In this document: one piece after another, positions 20,001 through 29,289 of the stretch
Numbering within the stretch: position 1 is the stretch's first letter
Layout of the letters: each line of letters opens with the position of its first letter
Notes under the pieces: generated by a model
What the model was told of the DNA's origin: nothing
The model's database searches: none
The model's input: only the letters and a program-made list of their open reading frames with translations
Made by a program: the position numbers and the translations under genes
IMG/VR virus record: IMGVR_UViG_3300035182_002586
Coordinates: 62,001 to 126,000 of that record
Length of the DNA: 64,000 nucleotides
Direction: 5' to 3' (one strand)

Positions 20001-22463
20001 CAAGCATCACAGGTCTCCGGCGCCGCCGGAGCGCCCATGAAGGCTGCCCGGTCCACCGTGGACGATATGACCCAGCAGATGGCCCCTCCCCTGGTGAGCG
20101 GCGGCACGGGTCAGGGTCCGAAGGCCGACGGATACACGCTCCAGATCGTCTCTGGGACGAACCCCCAAGGAATCGCCAACGACGCGAGCACTGGAGTCGT
20201 TGCGATCACTCGATCGGGCTGCGACGATACCTACTTCATGTCCGGGTCCTCCACGGGAGCGACGCGGGCACCTCGTGTCATCAGCCTGGAGACCGACCTT
20301 ACGGACGAGACGGCACAGGGGGTCCGACCGGCGATCACCGGCAAGACCGTGTTCCGGAACGGGCTTGCATACGCTGTCAAGGAGTATGCAGGCAGCCGTC
20401 AATACGTGGTCGAAGTTGACTACGCACGCGGGACTGCACGCAAGGTCGTTACGAACATCACCTCGTCCTTGCGCGAGATGTTCCTGGACTCTGCTTGGAA
20501 GACCTCCAGCCAGTCGGGGGACAGCGATGTCTACGCCTGCTGGTACAAGGGCTTCGGCAACGACTACTGGCTCCAGGGGGTCTCGTACAGCACTGCAACG
20601 GCTGCTTCCGTTACGGTGGCTGGAGGTGTCACCATCACAGCCATGTGCGTCGCCCAACCGGTGGGTGGTTACGCCTCCCCGGGGGGACGCATCTATCTCG
20701 GCCAGAGCGACGGCACCATCCAGGAGTGGGACGGGACGGTCAACCCTCCCGTGTTCGTACGCACCCTCAGTGACGCCTCCATCAGCGGCTCACCCATCGT
20801 GGCGATGCGGCCGATCTTCTTCAACGCGAGCAATCAGTGGCTTCACGCCATCAACGCAGCCGGTGTTCTGGCTCGATTTCACATCGTCACGAACGTGTTC
20901 CAGGCGTCCTTGAGCACTGGGCTCACCAACGCCGTGGACATCACAATCGCACCGAACCGCATCTGCCTCGTCATCGCCAACGCGACGAGCCTCCGGTCCA
21001 TCACCTCCCCGACGGGAGCGATGGCTCTGAGTACGCTGCTCACCCCCGTCAAGTTCGGGACGATCAGCAGCTTCAACTTCAAGGCTCTCGCTCAATCCAC
21101 GACCGGTGGCGGCTCCTACAACCTGTGGGTCGCCGACCAGACCAATGGTCTCTGGAAAGCGAACATCAACTCGGGTTCCGGCGTCCTAACCTGGGACGGC
21201 CTGTACAACGGGTTCTACGACATCTCCGGGCTCTCCCGTTGGGCGAAACCCAACATCAATTTCGACGACCCCGAGCACTACACGGGCAGCCTCCCTGTCC
21301 GCAACATGATGGGTGGGAATCGCCTCGGGGGCGCCTACTGTCTGACCCCGGCGTACAAGCTCACCGTTGGAAAGACGCTCAAGGTCGTGTCGGGCACAGG
21401 ACCGACGGAGATCTTCCCCGGGTACGTCAGTCGACCGGGATCGAAGGACATCATCCAGCTCTATATGGCCCCCGGGGCCGGGACCTACAGTGGTGCTGTC
21501 ATTCCTCTCACGGGCGCTTGGGCCGATGCCTATGGCCTAGGAAACCCTCCCGACGAGATTACCGCCAATGGTCTGTGGGCACTCAACAGCTCCTACTCAT
21601 CCGTCTTCACAATGGACCAGTACGGGCGTCTGTTCTCGTTCTCCGTGGACGGCACGACGGGGCGGGGGTCGTCGTTCGCAGCTCGACTGCTCTTCACGGG
21701 GCTCAACCCGATCGGCGGTGGGCCAGGCGGAGTCATGGACACGGACGCCTCGAACGGCGGCCGCTTCTTCCTCCTCGCAGGACGAACGGTCTCGCTGATC
21801 GACGCGACCTACAACTCGTACCGGCGCGAAACGCTCGTGTGGTCGGTGAACATTCACCTCAACCTAACGGGCGGGGAGCTGCCCACGTCCATCTGCTCGC
21901 TGAGCACCTACGTCTACGTCTCCACGGATCAGGGGCATGTCCTCCAGTTCAACGCTTCCGACGGCAGCTACGTCCGAACGGTGAACGCCTCGGAGACGGG
22001 TGCAGGTGCCTCGATCGTGAAGATCGTCTCTGACACCTCTGCCGGGAAGATCTACTGGATCACGGGCGGCGCTCTCAAGCAGTTCAACCGCCTCACTGGC
22101 AACACAGCGGCCATCGACGGAACCGGAACCCTCACGCTTGGCGTCACGGCTCGCGACCTCTCTCACAACAACGGATCGGTCGGCAGCGGGTTCGAGCGCC
22201 TCGCCATCCTCACGGCCACGGGCATTGTTTGGCTCAACGGGTTCCAGACGGGCACGCCCCCGACAGTGTACACGCCGACCCCGGACAACACGACCACCAT
22301 CGTGGGGGCTATCTCCCTGGGTCACATCACATATAACGGCCTCGGCACGTGGTGGGCGACGGACACAGGCGGGGACGTCCTGTGGGAAATCGGCATGAAC
22401 ACGTTCACCAACGTGGCGACACTCACGTCGTACGCCATCAGTGGACTTGTGGATTACGTCTGA
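17028..22463 (+). CDS. Large tail fibre / receptor-binding protein with multiple beta-propeller modules
   Basis: 1811 aa; fibre-type N-terminus (ARDAI....R..GM.V....DG..WKL); GDL[ST]G linker repeats; many A[YS]DG..[LV]WV blade repeats. Confidence 0.75.
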   Translation: MAVRVQDTILPKNDADFPVVDSSSIKGGHQEVANATARDAITASHRSIGMFVTTQDDGKVWKLGNDLLTWTEFTGGGGGGFTAGGDLTGTSTNQTVAAIQGIPSMDPVFKADRDLVEIKSTTTTSGITLNLASPRDIVSDGTHIYVAQNGQNAPIAGSQNVWKLTMSGGTVTAAVACDLTAGPLGLVTVVRCRGIEQDATYLYVATWNAQNIAIIDKATMTLVGWGYTGGTSAMSVCADGAGNFYACNDFSEIWKFSTAACIGAAPNTVTPVLTLLPNGGTSFARWITYGGGFIWAASPGGYLAKIDPTTLTEVTVVTDVNGDTALMVARYAFGALWVASNNSTGIIYKVDPTTLTWITTISGFAHPSTPMFGTIPNIIEGPDDLGNPNAWLWVCSMEQKFGGPYVAAVDPVGLVLASSTYQPSANNRDAYEGLCVVGNYVYAGGFDSSWGPSTPHIGYVNAVTSASGKVTGSSTTTTTWALGYKPIDGDLSGPIDKNSVHYLRGVAVPDPAGVVTGYVPTLAQSTFPLLNAIAWDSSHQKMWVGLAGDTAGAVFSYDPTTTIGAYHTPSDPGYAVISQYLAVAVDANYVFVAGRSTFAGLSANIFALDKLTGAVVGVAAFYRASSLYSDGTYLWAVTNQGFSAGLAKISIAAMIAAGPTGSPPAATASLLMTGLQGVTGDGTWVYVSNNNTSNIHRIDPATALVSASYADPAVSGVYGLVMAGGHVWCAAYDHVLEVDPAGMTLVSTTPLGTFNITSIAYDGTRVWAGSLSTRDIFGLTVPGGGLAYTITPTDISDNHKSLAYDGTYLWGVGNTSTTDAITRFTDPAGVENLRYFGPWRLDYAAAGGTLAGDVTGAPGANTVTRLQGFTVNSAVPTVGAALVWQFPAGWTPTTPGGDLSGSSFATPTVARINGYTVSATPTLSGQVLTWNGSAWVAQAVGGSNPGTPQTGNNYAPVKVNVSGAAIQSWINLNGGTGYRSDLVDGDVDGMLQASQVSGAAGAPMKAARSTVDDMTQQMAPPLVSGGTGQGPKADGYTLQIVSGTNPQGIANDASTGVVAITRSGCDDTYFMSGSSTGATRAPRVISLETDLTDETAQGVRPAITGKTVFRNGLAYAVKEYAGSRQYVVEVDYARGTARKVVTNITSSLREMFLDSAWKTSSQSGDSDVYACWYKGFGNDYWLQGVSYSTATAASVTVAGGVTITAMCVAQPVGGYASPGGRIYLGQSDGTIQEWDGTVNPPVFVRTLSDASISGSPIVAMRPIFFNASNQWLHAINAAGVLARFHIVTNVFQASLSTGLTNAVDITIAPNRICLVIANATSLRSITSPTGAMALSTLLTPVKFGTISSFNFKALAQSTTGGGSYNLWVADQTNGLWKANINSGSGVLTWDGLYNGFYDISGLSRWAKPNINFDDPEHYTGSLPVRNMMGGNRLGGAYCLTPAYKLTVGKTLKVVSGTGPTEIFPGYVSRPGSKDIIQLYMAPGAGTYSGAVIPLTGAWADAYGLGNPPDEITANGLWALNSSYSSVFTMDQYGRLFSFSVDGTTGRGSSFAARLLFTGLNPIGGGPGGVMDTDASNGGRFFLLAGRTVSLIDATYNSYRRETLVWSVNIHLNLTGGELPTSICSLSTYVYVSTDQGHVLQFNASDGSYVRTVNASETGAGASIVKIVSDTSAGKIYWITGGALKQFNRLTGNTAAIDGTGTLTLGVTARDLSHNNGSVGSGFERLAILTATGIVWLNGFQTGTPPTVYTPTPDNTTTIVGAISLGHITYNGLGTWWATDTGGDVLWEIGMNTFTNVATLTSYAISGLVDYV

Positions 22464-22466
22464 CGG

Positions 22467-22652
22467 CTACTTCCCGTAGCCGTCTTTCGCCCAACCATCC
22501 CCGCTCAACACGAAGGGAGGCGCCCCGGAGATCAACCGGCGCGCCTTCTCTTCATTGCAGGCCGGGCACTTCGTGGCCGGGGGGTCCGTGATCCTCTGGT
22601 CCTCTTGCCACTGCTTGCCGCAACCCTTGCAGTCGTAGTCGTACGTGGGCAT
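22467..22652 (-). CDS. FmdB-family zinc-ribbon protein
   Basis: MPTYDYDCKGCG...CPAC...RLIS...F.L.G.GW. Confidence 0.85.
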   Translation of the reverse strand: MPTYDYDCKGCGKQWQEDQRITDPPATKCPACNEEKARRLISGAPPFVLSGDGWAKDGYGK

Positions 22653-22689
22653 CGATCGTCAGTGTACACCAGCGGTGTAAGAAGAGGGT

Positions 22690-23094
22690 ATGCCCACCCC
22701 GCTCCGCGTCTCGTTCGACATTGGCGGGGTGCTCTCCAAGTACCCCGACGTCTTTCGGCCCCTGGTGGACGCGCTCCAGAAGGGGGGCGTCGAGGTCTTC
22801 GTCCTCACGGACATGTCCGACCATGAGCTGAGCACGAGGTTCGTCCGTGATAACGGGTTCGACGTCCCCCCTGAGCGCATCCTCAACGCCGACTACCGCG
22901 AGCACGGGGAGAACTGCAAGGCGCAGCTCATCGAAGCGCACGGCATCCAGCTCCACATCGACGACTTCCCGGGCTACTGCGCCCACACGAAGGCCGTCAG
23001 CCTCTTTGTCTGGCCGAACCCGGACCTTCCGTACTACCACGACGACTTCGTGACCCACGGGGCCGAGGGTAGCTTCGGACGCCGGAAGAAGTAA
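22690..23094 (+). CDS. HAD-superfamily-like protein
   Basis: SFDIGGVL, VLT, K, HIDD motifs. Confidence 0.65.
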   Translation: MPTPLRVSFDIGGVLSKYPDVFRPLVDALQKGGVEVFVLTDMSDHELSTRFVRDNGFDVPPERILNADYREHGENCKAQLIEAHGIQLHIDDFPGYCAHTKAVSLFVWPNPDLPYYHDDFVTHGAEGSFGRRKK

Positions 23095-23096
23095 CC

Positions 23097-24029
23097 CTAG
23101 AGGACCGAAACACCCCGGAACTTCTTCAAGTGCTCCGGGATCTCGGGCTTCAGCTCCGGAGGCGCCCCCGACATCACCGCCTCGAAGTTCTCCAACACTC
23201 CGGGCTTGGCCATCGAGGTCATCCCGAAGTTGGAAAGGGCGAACAGCTCGGCGAACGATTCCCCGTCGTTGATGCTGTACTTCGTCGTGTGCCACTCGGC
23301 CCGGTCGAAGTCCACCTTGAGGTGGTGTTTCGCCTCGTATCTATGACCAAGCTCGTGGGTCACCACGTAGCTGAAGCCACCGTAGCCCGACCCGGCCCGC
23401 TCGATGCGCCCGCCAACCGTCGCGCGGATCCAGAGGATGTCCCCCTCCCGCCCGTACTTCCCGCTCGCCGTCCCACGGAAGTCCTTGGGCCCCGCCAGGT
23501 GGACTTTGATCCCACCGGAGAGCGCTCCTCGGTGCCACCCCTTCAAGCCGGCGAAGATGCCCTCCATCTCCGCGATCATGGCGTCCAGCTTCTCATCGTT
23601 GACGCCGACCATGTTGACGTAGGTGTTACCCCCGACCTTCTTCTCTCGGGTGAGAGCCTTCGCACCCCCCTCCACCGAAGAGAACGCCGACACCCAGGCG
23701 GGGACCAACGCCTTCATTCGCTGGTCTTCCCACAGCGAGCGAATCGAGTTTGTCAGGGCGCCAGGAAGGTAGTGCTCGTAGTACTCTACGTCCCTCTCGA
23801 TGGAACGATAGAACCGGTCCAGCTCTTCCTTCTCCCGCTTCATCCCCTTGGGCGTGTAGCGCGTCTGGAAGTGGAAGTTGTGCACGATCCACTTTGCGAA
23901 CTCCTGAAGCTCGTGCTTCGGAGGCTTCTCCGGGTCGTAGGACAGCAACTTGTCGACCTTCGACACGAAGTCGTGTTCGAGAGACGCTGCCTGGAAGCGC
24001 CGCGCCACCTTGATCGCGAGAGGGTCCAT
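23097..24029 (-). CDS. Zincin-type metallopeptidase with KVARRF leader
   Basis: VTHELGH plus downstream ESFAELF; ATG 24029. Confidence 0.7.
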   Translation of the reverse strand: MDPLAIKVARRFQAASLEHDFVSKVDKLLSYDPEKPPKHELQEFAKWIVHNFHFQTRYTPKGMKREKEELDRFYRSIERDVEYYEHYLPGALTNSIRSLWEDQRMKALVPAWVSAFSSVEGGAKALTREKKVGGNTYVNMVGVNDEKLDAMIAEMEGIFAGLKGWHRGALSGGIKVHLAGPKDFRGTASGKYGREGDILWIRATVGGRIERAGSGYGGFSYVVTHELGHRYEAKHHLKVDFDRAEWHTTKYSINDGESFAELFALSNFGMTSMAKPGVLENFEAVMSGAPPELKPEIPEHLKKFRGVSVL

Positions 24030-24092
24030 CACACGTGTAGGTAGATAAGCAGAACCATCGACAAGAGCCCGGTGGCCGGTGTATTTCGGGGT

Positions 24093-24800
24093 ATGACCGA
24101 AGCAGGCATCCTCACCGGGCACGAGATTGTCGAGCAACACAAGGCCGGGCGCATCCGCATCTACCCCTTCGTACCGGAGCGCGTGAACCCCGGCTCCTAC
24201 GATCTCACCCTCGGCTCGAAGGTTGCCGTCTACAAGAACCTGGTGGTCCCCGACTTCGAACCCATGGAGAAGGACGGCATCCCGGGGGAGTGCATCCGCG
24301 TCCAGCATGACGTGGACCCTCACATCCCGTTCCGCGCCAGACCCGGTATCAACTGCCTCGACGCTGCGATGGCGAACGAGATCGCCGTCTACGAGATGGA
24401 CAACCGTGGATTTCTCCTGCGACCCGGCATCGGTTACCTGATGCACACGGCGGAGCGCGTGCAGTCGGATTCGTTCGTCCCTGTGATCGACGGTAAGTCG
24501 AGCATCGGCCGCCTCTTCATCCTGGTCCACTTCACGGCCGGGTACGGAGAGATCGGTTTCGACGGGCAGTACACGCTGGAGGTCATGGCGACCCACCCTG
24601 TCATCATCTACCCCGGAGAGCCGATCGCACAGATCCGCTTCCACACGACGCGGGGCAAGGTCGAGTCGTACCAGGGGAACTACCAAGGACAGGACGCCAT
24701 GGGACCGGTCGCGTCGAAGTCTCACAAGCAGATCGAAGCCTGCGGTCTCCGAGTCGGGCATCACTCGCAGCCGATGGATCGATCCCGCGACGACGTGTAG
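24093..24800 (+). CDS. dcd: dCTP deaminase
   Basis: VNPGSYDLTLG, GKSSIGRL, HFTAGYGEIGFDGQYTLE, PIAQI.F, Y.G.YQGQ. Confidence 0.9.
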   Translation: MTEAGILTGHEIVEQHKAGRIRIYPFVPERVNPGSYDLTLGSKVAVYKNLVVPDFEPMEKDGIPGECIRVQHDVDPHIPFRARPGINCLDAAMANEIAVYEMDNRGFLLRPGIGYLMHTAERVQSDSFVPVIDGKSSIGRLFILVHFTAGYGEIGFDGQYTLEVMATHPVIIYPGEPIAQIRFHTTRGKVESYQGNYQGQDAMGPVASKSHKQIEACGLRVGHHSQPMDRSRDDV

Positions 24801-24992
24801 TACGATCGTCGTCGCGTACGCGATGTGGTTGGCTGCCCATCTTACCCTCCCCATCGTCCGAGCGTTCATCCGAGAGGAGAAGGAAATCAAGCGGAAGTGG
24901 TCCTACACTATACCTGAGGTCCCGGTGTACCGTACGATCAACTACCGCACGGTTGCCCTCGTCGAACGCCAAGTACAGAACGGGAAGAAGTG

Positions 24993-25373
24993 ATGCGGAC
25001 CCGAGTGCTCATCATCGGCCCCGAAGAGCGGAACGCGGCCGCGAAGCTCACAGCCTTCGCGCTGACGAGCCCCTTCACCCCTGGACCGGGCGTGAAGGCC
25101 CCCGGAGACGACCCCCGACACTCCATGCAGCTCGGGGACTTCCGCTGCGTCTTCTCGTTCACTCGCATCGACGGCAAGCTCTACCGCCACCTGTCCGTGG
25201 GCATGCTCGACCAGAAGGCCCCCCTCCCTAACCCGCTAGCTGTCCAGGAGATCGCCCACCTGATGGGGTTCGAGGGGTTCCTCTCGGAGTGGCGTGTGGG
25301 CGTCATGCGTACTCACATTTCGATCCTCCAGCCGATGGATCAGGAGCCGGCACCCACTGTAATCGAGGCATGA
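24993..25373 (+). CDS. Hypothetical protein
   Basis: ORF coupled to the next gene (ATGA); RHLSV...P.P pattern. Confidence 0.6.
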   Translation: MRTRVLIIGPEERNAAAKLTAFALTSPFTPGPGVKAPGDDPRHSMQLGDFRCVFSFTRIDGKLYRHLSVGMLDQKAPLPNPLAVQEIAHLMGFEGFLSEWRVGVMRTHISILQPMDQEPAPTVIEA

Positions 25374-25987
25374 GCCGCTTCCCGCATATGGTCGAGATCG
25401 TCCCGGAGGGATCTTCGGGCAACGTCAAGGTTGAGCACTTCGAGGTGCCGCAGGTCTCGCTTCGCATGCTGTTCCGCCCCTCGGAGTACGTGACGCCTGG
25501 TAAGTACGCGAGGCTCGTCATCAACGGTCAGATCATGATGACCGACACCGACATGGAGCGGACGTCGAACCGTACGGTCCTCCTCTGCGCGCACGGTCAC
25601 GTGCTGGTCGCAGGGCTCGGGCTCGGGATGATCCTCCACCCCATCCTCGCGAAGTCCTCCGTCGAGACGGTCACGGTCCTGGAGAAGAACCCCGACGTGA
25701 TCAAGCTCATCGAGCCGACCGTCCGGCACCCGAAGCTCACTGTCGTCCAGGCAGACGTGTTCGACTGGACCCCTCCCCCGGCGCCGAAGTTCAACACCGT
25801 GTACTTCGACATTTGGGCGGAAATCTGCGGCAACAACCTCAAGGACATGGCATTCTTGCATCGTCGGTACGGCCGCTGGACGGACACGAGCGATCCGGGG
25901 CGATTCGTCGATAGCTGGCAGCGGGACTTCCTCAAGCGCCAGCAGGTGAAGTCCCGCCGCAACTCTTGGACACGTAGCTCGTTCTGA
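25370..25987 (+). CDS. SAM-dependent methyltransferase (spermidine-synthase-like fold)
   Basis: VLVAGLGLG, VTVLEKNPDVI, QADVF, YFDIW. Confidence 0.8.
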   Translation: MSRFPHMVEIVPEGSSGNVKVEHFEVPQVSLRMLFRPSEYVTPGKYARLVINGQIMMTDTDMERTSNRTVLLCAHGHVLVAGLGLGMILHPILAKSSVETVTVLEKNPDVIKLIEPTVRHPKLTVVQADVFDWTPPPAPKFNTVYFDIWAEICGNNLKDMAFLHRRYGRWTDTSDPGRFVDSWQRDFLKRQQVKSRRNSWTRSSF

Positions 25988-25994
25988 GACCCGC

Positions 25995-26699
25995 ATGAAA
26001 CTCCGCCTCTCCCACGTGTCTGACACCCACGGCCACCTCCCCTTTCTCAAGGGGAGGACGGACATCGTGGTCCACAGTGGAGACTTCATGCCGAACCGGT
26101 TCGACGACGCCGAGCCGGATCCCGTCACGAAGCAGAGTCTTCGAGGCGTCCCTTACGAGGAAGAGGCGTTCCAGACAGAGTGGATCGACCAGCACGCTAC
26201 GGCCATCAAGCAGTGGCTTGGGGGCCGCGCGTTCTTCTTCTGCGCCGGCAACCACGACTTTGTAGATCCCACCCCGCGCCTGCGTGCTGAGGGTATCAAG
26301 GCGGTGAACCTCACGAGCCGCGTCCACACGTACGACGGGCTCTCGTTCATCGGCTTCCCGTGGTGCCCGTACGACGTGCGCCCCTGGAACTACGCGATCC
26401 CCATCCGAGACATGCAGCGGGAGGTCGACCGCCTCAAGCAGATGATCTCCGAGGGTGGGCCCGAAGTGATCCTCGTCGCGCACTGCCCTCCGGCAGGGCT
26501 CTTTGATGTGTCGAGGGGGACAAGCTACGGCAATACTGCGCTCGCGAACCTGCTCTCGTACGGCACGCACGACCCGTTGCTCGCGCTCCTGTGCGGGCAC
26601 ATCCACACGGACCACGGTGTGGCCTACGAAGACGGCATGCTCGTCTCGCAGGCCGCGACGACCGTGCATAACCTGATGCTGAGGGTGAGCGACGAGTAG
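25995..26699 (+). CDS. Metallophosphoesterase
   Basis: SDTHG, HSGDF, GNHD, H.PP, GHIH. Confidence 0.9.
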   Translation: MKLRLSHVSDTHGHLPFLKGRTDIVVHSGDFMPNRFDDAEPDPVTKQSLRGVPYEEEAFQTEWIDQHATAIKQWLGGRAFFFCAGNHDFVDPTPRLRAEGIKAVNLTSRVHTYDGLSFIGFPWCPYDVRPWNYAIPIRDMQREVDRLKQMISEGGPEVILVAHCPPAGLFDVSRGTSYGNTALANLLSYGTHDPLLALLCGHIHTDHGVAYEDGMLVSQAATTVHNLMLRVSDE

Positions 26700-26839
26700 G
26701 AGTGCCGATGACCGAAAAACTCCACGAGACCCTAGGAAAGTATCTCTCCCCGCATCTACCGCTTTGAGTGGGCGATGCAGATCCTTCGTGACTACGGAGA
26801 GGCTGCACTAGCTGCCACCCTTTCCGCAGGGATCTCGGG

Positions 26840-27034
26840 CTAGTCGTCGACGCTCACGCCGAGGGTCCCCCGGCCCCCAAGACCAACAAGGACGACCTCT
26901 TCCCCGTTGTCGAGCTTGAGGGCCTTGATCCCATCGTTGTCGAAGAGGGCCTCCTGGATGGTGCGACCCAAGAGGACCTCGTTCCAGAACGCGGGGTTGA
27001 TCTCGTGATCGGCCTGCGTGTTCTGATACTTCAT
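26840..27034 (-). CDS. Hypothetical protein
   Basis: ATG 11 nt after GGTGTA. Confidence 0.55.
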   Translation of the reverse strand: MKYQNTQADHEINPAFWNEVLLGRTIQEALFDNDGIKALKLDNGEEVVLVGLGGRGTLGVSVDD

Positions 27035-27053
27035 GCGCCCGCAGGTACACCGG

Positions 27054-27233
27054 CTAGGCCGGGTAGCCCGAGCACACGCGCGGCGTCGAGTCGTCCCCGT
27101 GCCGGAGCATGTCCTTGCAGAGACGGCGGAAAGCCCGGTGGGCCTGGCGCTTGTGCCAACCCTTCACGCTGCTAGGGACCTTCGAGCACTGGCGACAGTG
27201 GCAGGAGTAGTAGACGGTACGCTTCGTGGACAA
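27054..27233 (-). CDS. Small basic Cys-containing protein, not in the ORF track
   Basis: TTG start after GGAGG; STKRTVYYSCHCRQC...HKRQAHRAFRR, 59 aa. Confidence 0.5.
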   Translation of the reverse strand: MSTKRTVYYSCHCRQCSKVPSSVKGWHKRQAHRAFRRLCKDMLRHGDDSTPRVCSGYPA

Positions 27234-27304
27234 GAGCCTCCACGCGACATCTCCGAAGGGGAGGGCGCGTCACAAGGCGTCGAGTCGTCGTCCGGCTGCC
27301 GGAG

Positions 27305-27775
27305 TCACTTCTTCAAGCCTGCGATCGCGGTGTGGAAGAGCTGGATGGCGAGCGTCCCGTGGCCCTTCATGTGGGGCGTCTCCCAGTTCTTCGGGTCGGG
27401 GAGCTTCATCGCGTCGGTGATGAGGGCGATGGTCGCCCCAAGGTCGTTCGCGAGGCGGTGGTGGTCGACCTGACGGCCTTCGAGCCAGAGGTTGAACGGG
27501 CCGCGCCAGCTCTTGCTCTGCTGGTCGATCTTGCGGGCGAGCTTGAAGAGTTGCCGGCCCATCTTCTCCAGCTTGGGATCGACGGGATCTTCCTGAAGGT
27601 CGGCCATCGTCGAGCCGACGTTCTCCGCCGTCTTGACGAACTCCTCCATCGCGTCCCACCCGTTCGAGAGGGCTTCCTTCACGGGGTCGCCGTGCGCGGA
27701 AGGACGTGAGAGAGCCGTACGCTGGTCGTACGAATAGCGCGCGGTCGAGGGGCGGTGGTCGTAGGAGTAGGACAT
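27305..27775 (-). CDS. Hypothetical protein with duplicated YSYDxR leader
   Basis: MSYSYDHRPSTARYSYDQRTA. Confidence 0.65.
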   Translation of the reverse strand: MSYSYDHRPSTARYSYDQRTALSRPSAHGDPVKEALSNGWDAMEEFVKTAENVGSTMADLQEDPVDPKLEKMGRQLFKLARKIDQQSKSWRGPFNLWLEGRQVDHHRLANDLGATIALITDAMKLPDPKNWETPHMKGHGTLAIQLFHTAIAGLKK

Positions 27776-27803
27776 CCTGTACTCCCTCGACACAAGAGGA
27801 AAG

Positions 27804-28061
27804 TCAGGGGCCCTTGGAGAGCCAGAGTCGGTACTGCTTCTCCCTCTCCAACCAGAACTCCGACGAGGCCCCGGTCAGCTTGGCCAGCCCGGCGGCCTCT
27901 GCCGGCCCAATGGCAGCCTCGCCCCGGAGGAGGGCCGAGAGGGTCACCGGGTGCATCCCGGCGCGCGTCGCAGCTTCCCGGAGGTCGAGGCGGCGCTCTT
28001 TGAGGATGTCGGCGATCGTGTCTCCGGGCGGGGAGCCCCAGTCGGGCTTGAACTCGGTCAT
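27804..28061 (-). CDS. HigA-like Xre HTH protein
   Basis: SPPGDTI.D.L.ER.L...E.A.R.G......S.L..G...I....A..L....G.S.EFWL..E..Y. Confidence 0.8.
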   Translation of the reverse strand: MTEFKPDWGSPPGDTIADILKERRLDLREAATRAGMHPVTLSALLRGEAAIGPAEAAGLAKLTGASSEFWLEREKQYRLWLSKGP

Positions 28062-28552
28062 GCCGCCCCTCTACACCGCCCGTCCACCTCTTTCAGGAGA
28101 GTCGGGAGGCGGAAGTCCCCGTGCATCCCCCGAACGAGGTCTGCGGCGGCTTCTGCGGCCATCCCAGCGGCCGTCACGTACAGGGGGCGGGTGCTAGTCC
28201 CCCGCAGGACCTCGATGGCCCCCTTCGATTCGTGGAAGTGCGTCTTGGCCACGCCTACGACGGGGACGGTCTCCCCGAGCGCCTCGTAGAGTCGGGCGCC
28301 AAGGCCAGGTTTCTCCCCGAGCCAGGCGTACCCGTCGACCACGACCGCACTCAGAGGGTCACGGAGATGCCCGAGAACCTTGAGCAAGCACGGAAGCTCG
28401 CGCCGGTAGAATTCTCCCGGCTGGTAGTCCTCGACCGGGCTGACGTGCTCGATGATCACGCGCTGAGGCTTCGCGTCCATCCAGCCGTTGGCGATGACAC
28501 CCGCAGCTACGGCGAGTGTGCCTCGATAGTCGACGTCCAGGATCGCAATCAC
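28058..28552 (-). CDS. nfi: Endonuclease V
   Basis: LDVDY, YQPGEFYRRELP, VVDGY, PVVGVAKT, PLYVT, R.PTLLKEVD. Confidence 0.88.
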   Translation of the reverse strand: MIAILDVDYRGTLAVAAGVIANGWMDAKPQRVIIEHVSPVEDYQPGEFYRRELPCLLKVLGHLRDPLSAVVVDGYAWLGEKPGLGARLYEALGETVPVVGVAKTHFHESKGAIEVLRGTSTRPLYVTAAGMAAEAAADLVRGMHGDFRLPTLLKEVDGRCRGAA

Positions 28553-28573
28553 AGGACGGGCAGTACACCAGGC

Positions 28574-28879
28574 TCAGACGAGCGGGACCTCGCGGCCGAT
28601 CCCCGTGTCGAGCAAGGCGTAGACGAAGAGGCTCGCGAGCAGCTCCTCCTCGCACCCGTCTGGGAAGGCCAGGAGGACGCCCCACCGTCGCGCGAGGCCC
28701 ACGATGAGCGCCTGGATGGCTTCGGTGACCGAGAGGTCGTCAGGCACCATCTCCGAGGCCATCGCCTGAACGATTTCGAGAGGTGTCCCGCGATAGACGG
28801 CGACCGGGGCGCTTCCCGTGATGCTGATCGTGCGCGGAAGTGTACGGAGAGTTTCGGTTGGTACGGATGAGCGATTCAC
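28574..28879 (-). CDS. Hypothetical protein
   Basis: ORF with overlapping start/stop. Confidence 0.5.
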   Translation of the reverse strand: MNRSSVPTETLRTLPRTISITGSAPVAVYRGTPLEIVQAMASEMVPDDLSVTEAIQALIVGLARRWGVLLAFPDGCEEELLASLFVYALLDTGIGREVPLV

Positions 28880-29205
28880 GCAACGACCGTCCTAGGGTTT
28901 CGGGCGGGAGCAAGACGTCGCTCCCACGCAAGCTGTTTCTTCACGGCCTTCCATGCGGGCACCTTCGGGCTCGCACTTTCCACCTGGAGGATCTGACGGG
29001 GGAGAGGCCCTGTTGCGTCGAGGGTCATCGAGGTCACCCTCCACTCCCCTGATGCGTCGAGCTGCTCAGCGCGACCGCCGTTCATCCGCCGGAGTTTGAA
29101 GGCCAGCTTCATGCGGTCCCCGATCCGAAGAGGACCGGGGAGTACGAGCTGCACGTTCGGTGCCCCCGGCACGTCGCTCAAGGTGATCACCGTGGGGAGG
29201 TGCAT
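28876..29205 (-). CDS. Hypothetical protein
   Basis: ORF. Confidence 0.55.
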   Translation of the reverse strand: MHLPTVITLSDVPGAPNVQLVLPGPLRIGDRMKLAFKLRRMNGGRAEQLDASGEWRVTSMTLDATGPLPRQILQVESASPKVPAWKAVKKQLAWERRLAPARNPRTVVA

Positions 29206-29289
29206 GGGGCCTGTACGTGCATTTTCATAGGTAAATCCTCGATCCGATCGTTTTGTTAGCCGATCCCCGCGAGCTGGTGTACGAGGGTC

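Noticed and set aside
17028-22463. Diversity-generating retroelement target in the fibre gene
   Set aside because: No reverse transcriptase or template/variable repeat pair in the window
27082-27290. 14-bp direct repeat ggcgtcgagtcgtc around a small gene
   Set aside because: One copy lies within the coding region, it is GC-rich and plausibly chance; no transposase nearby
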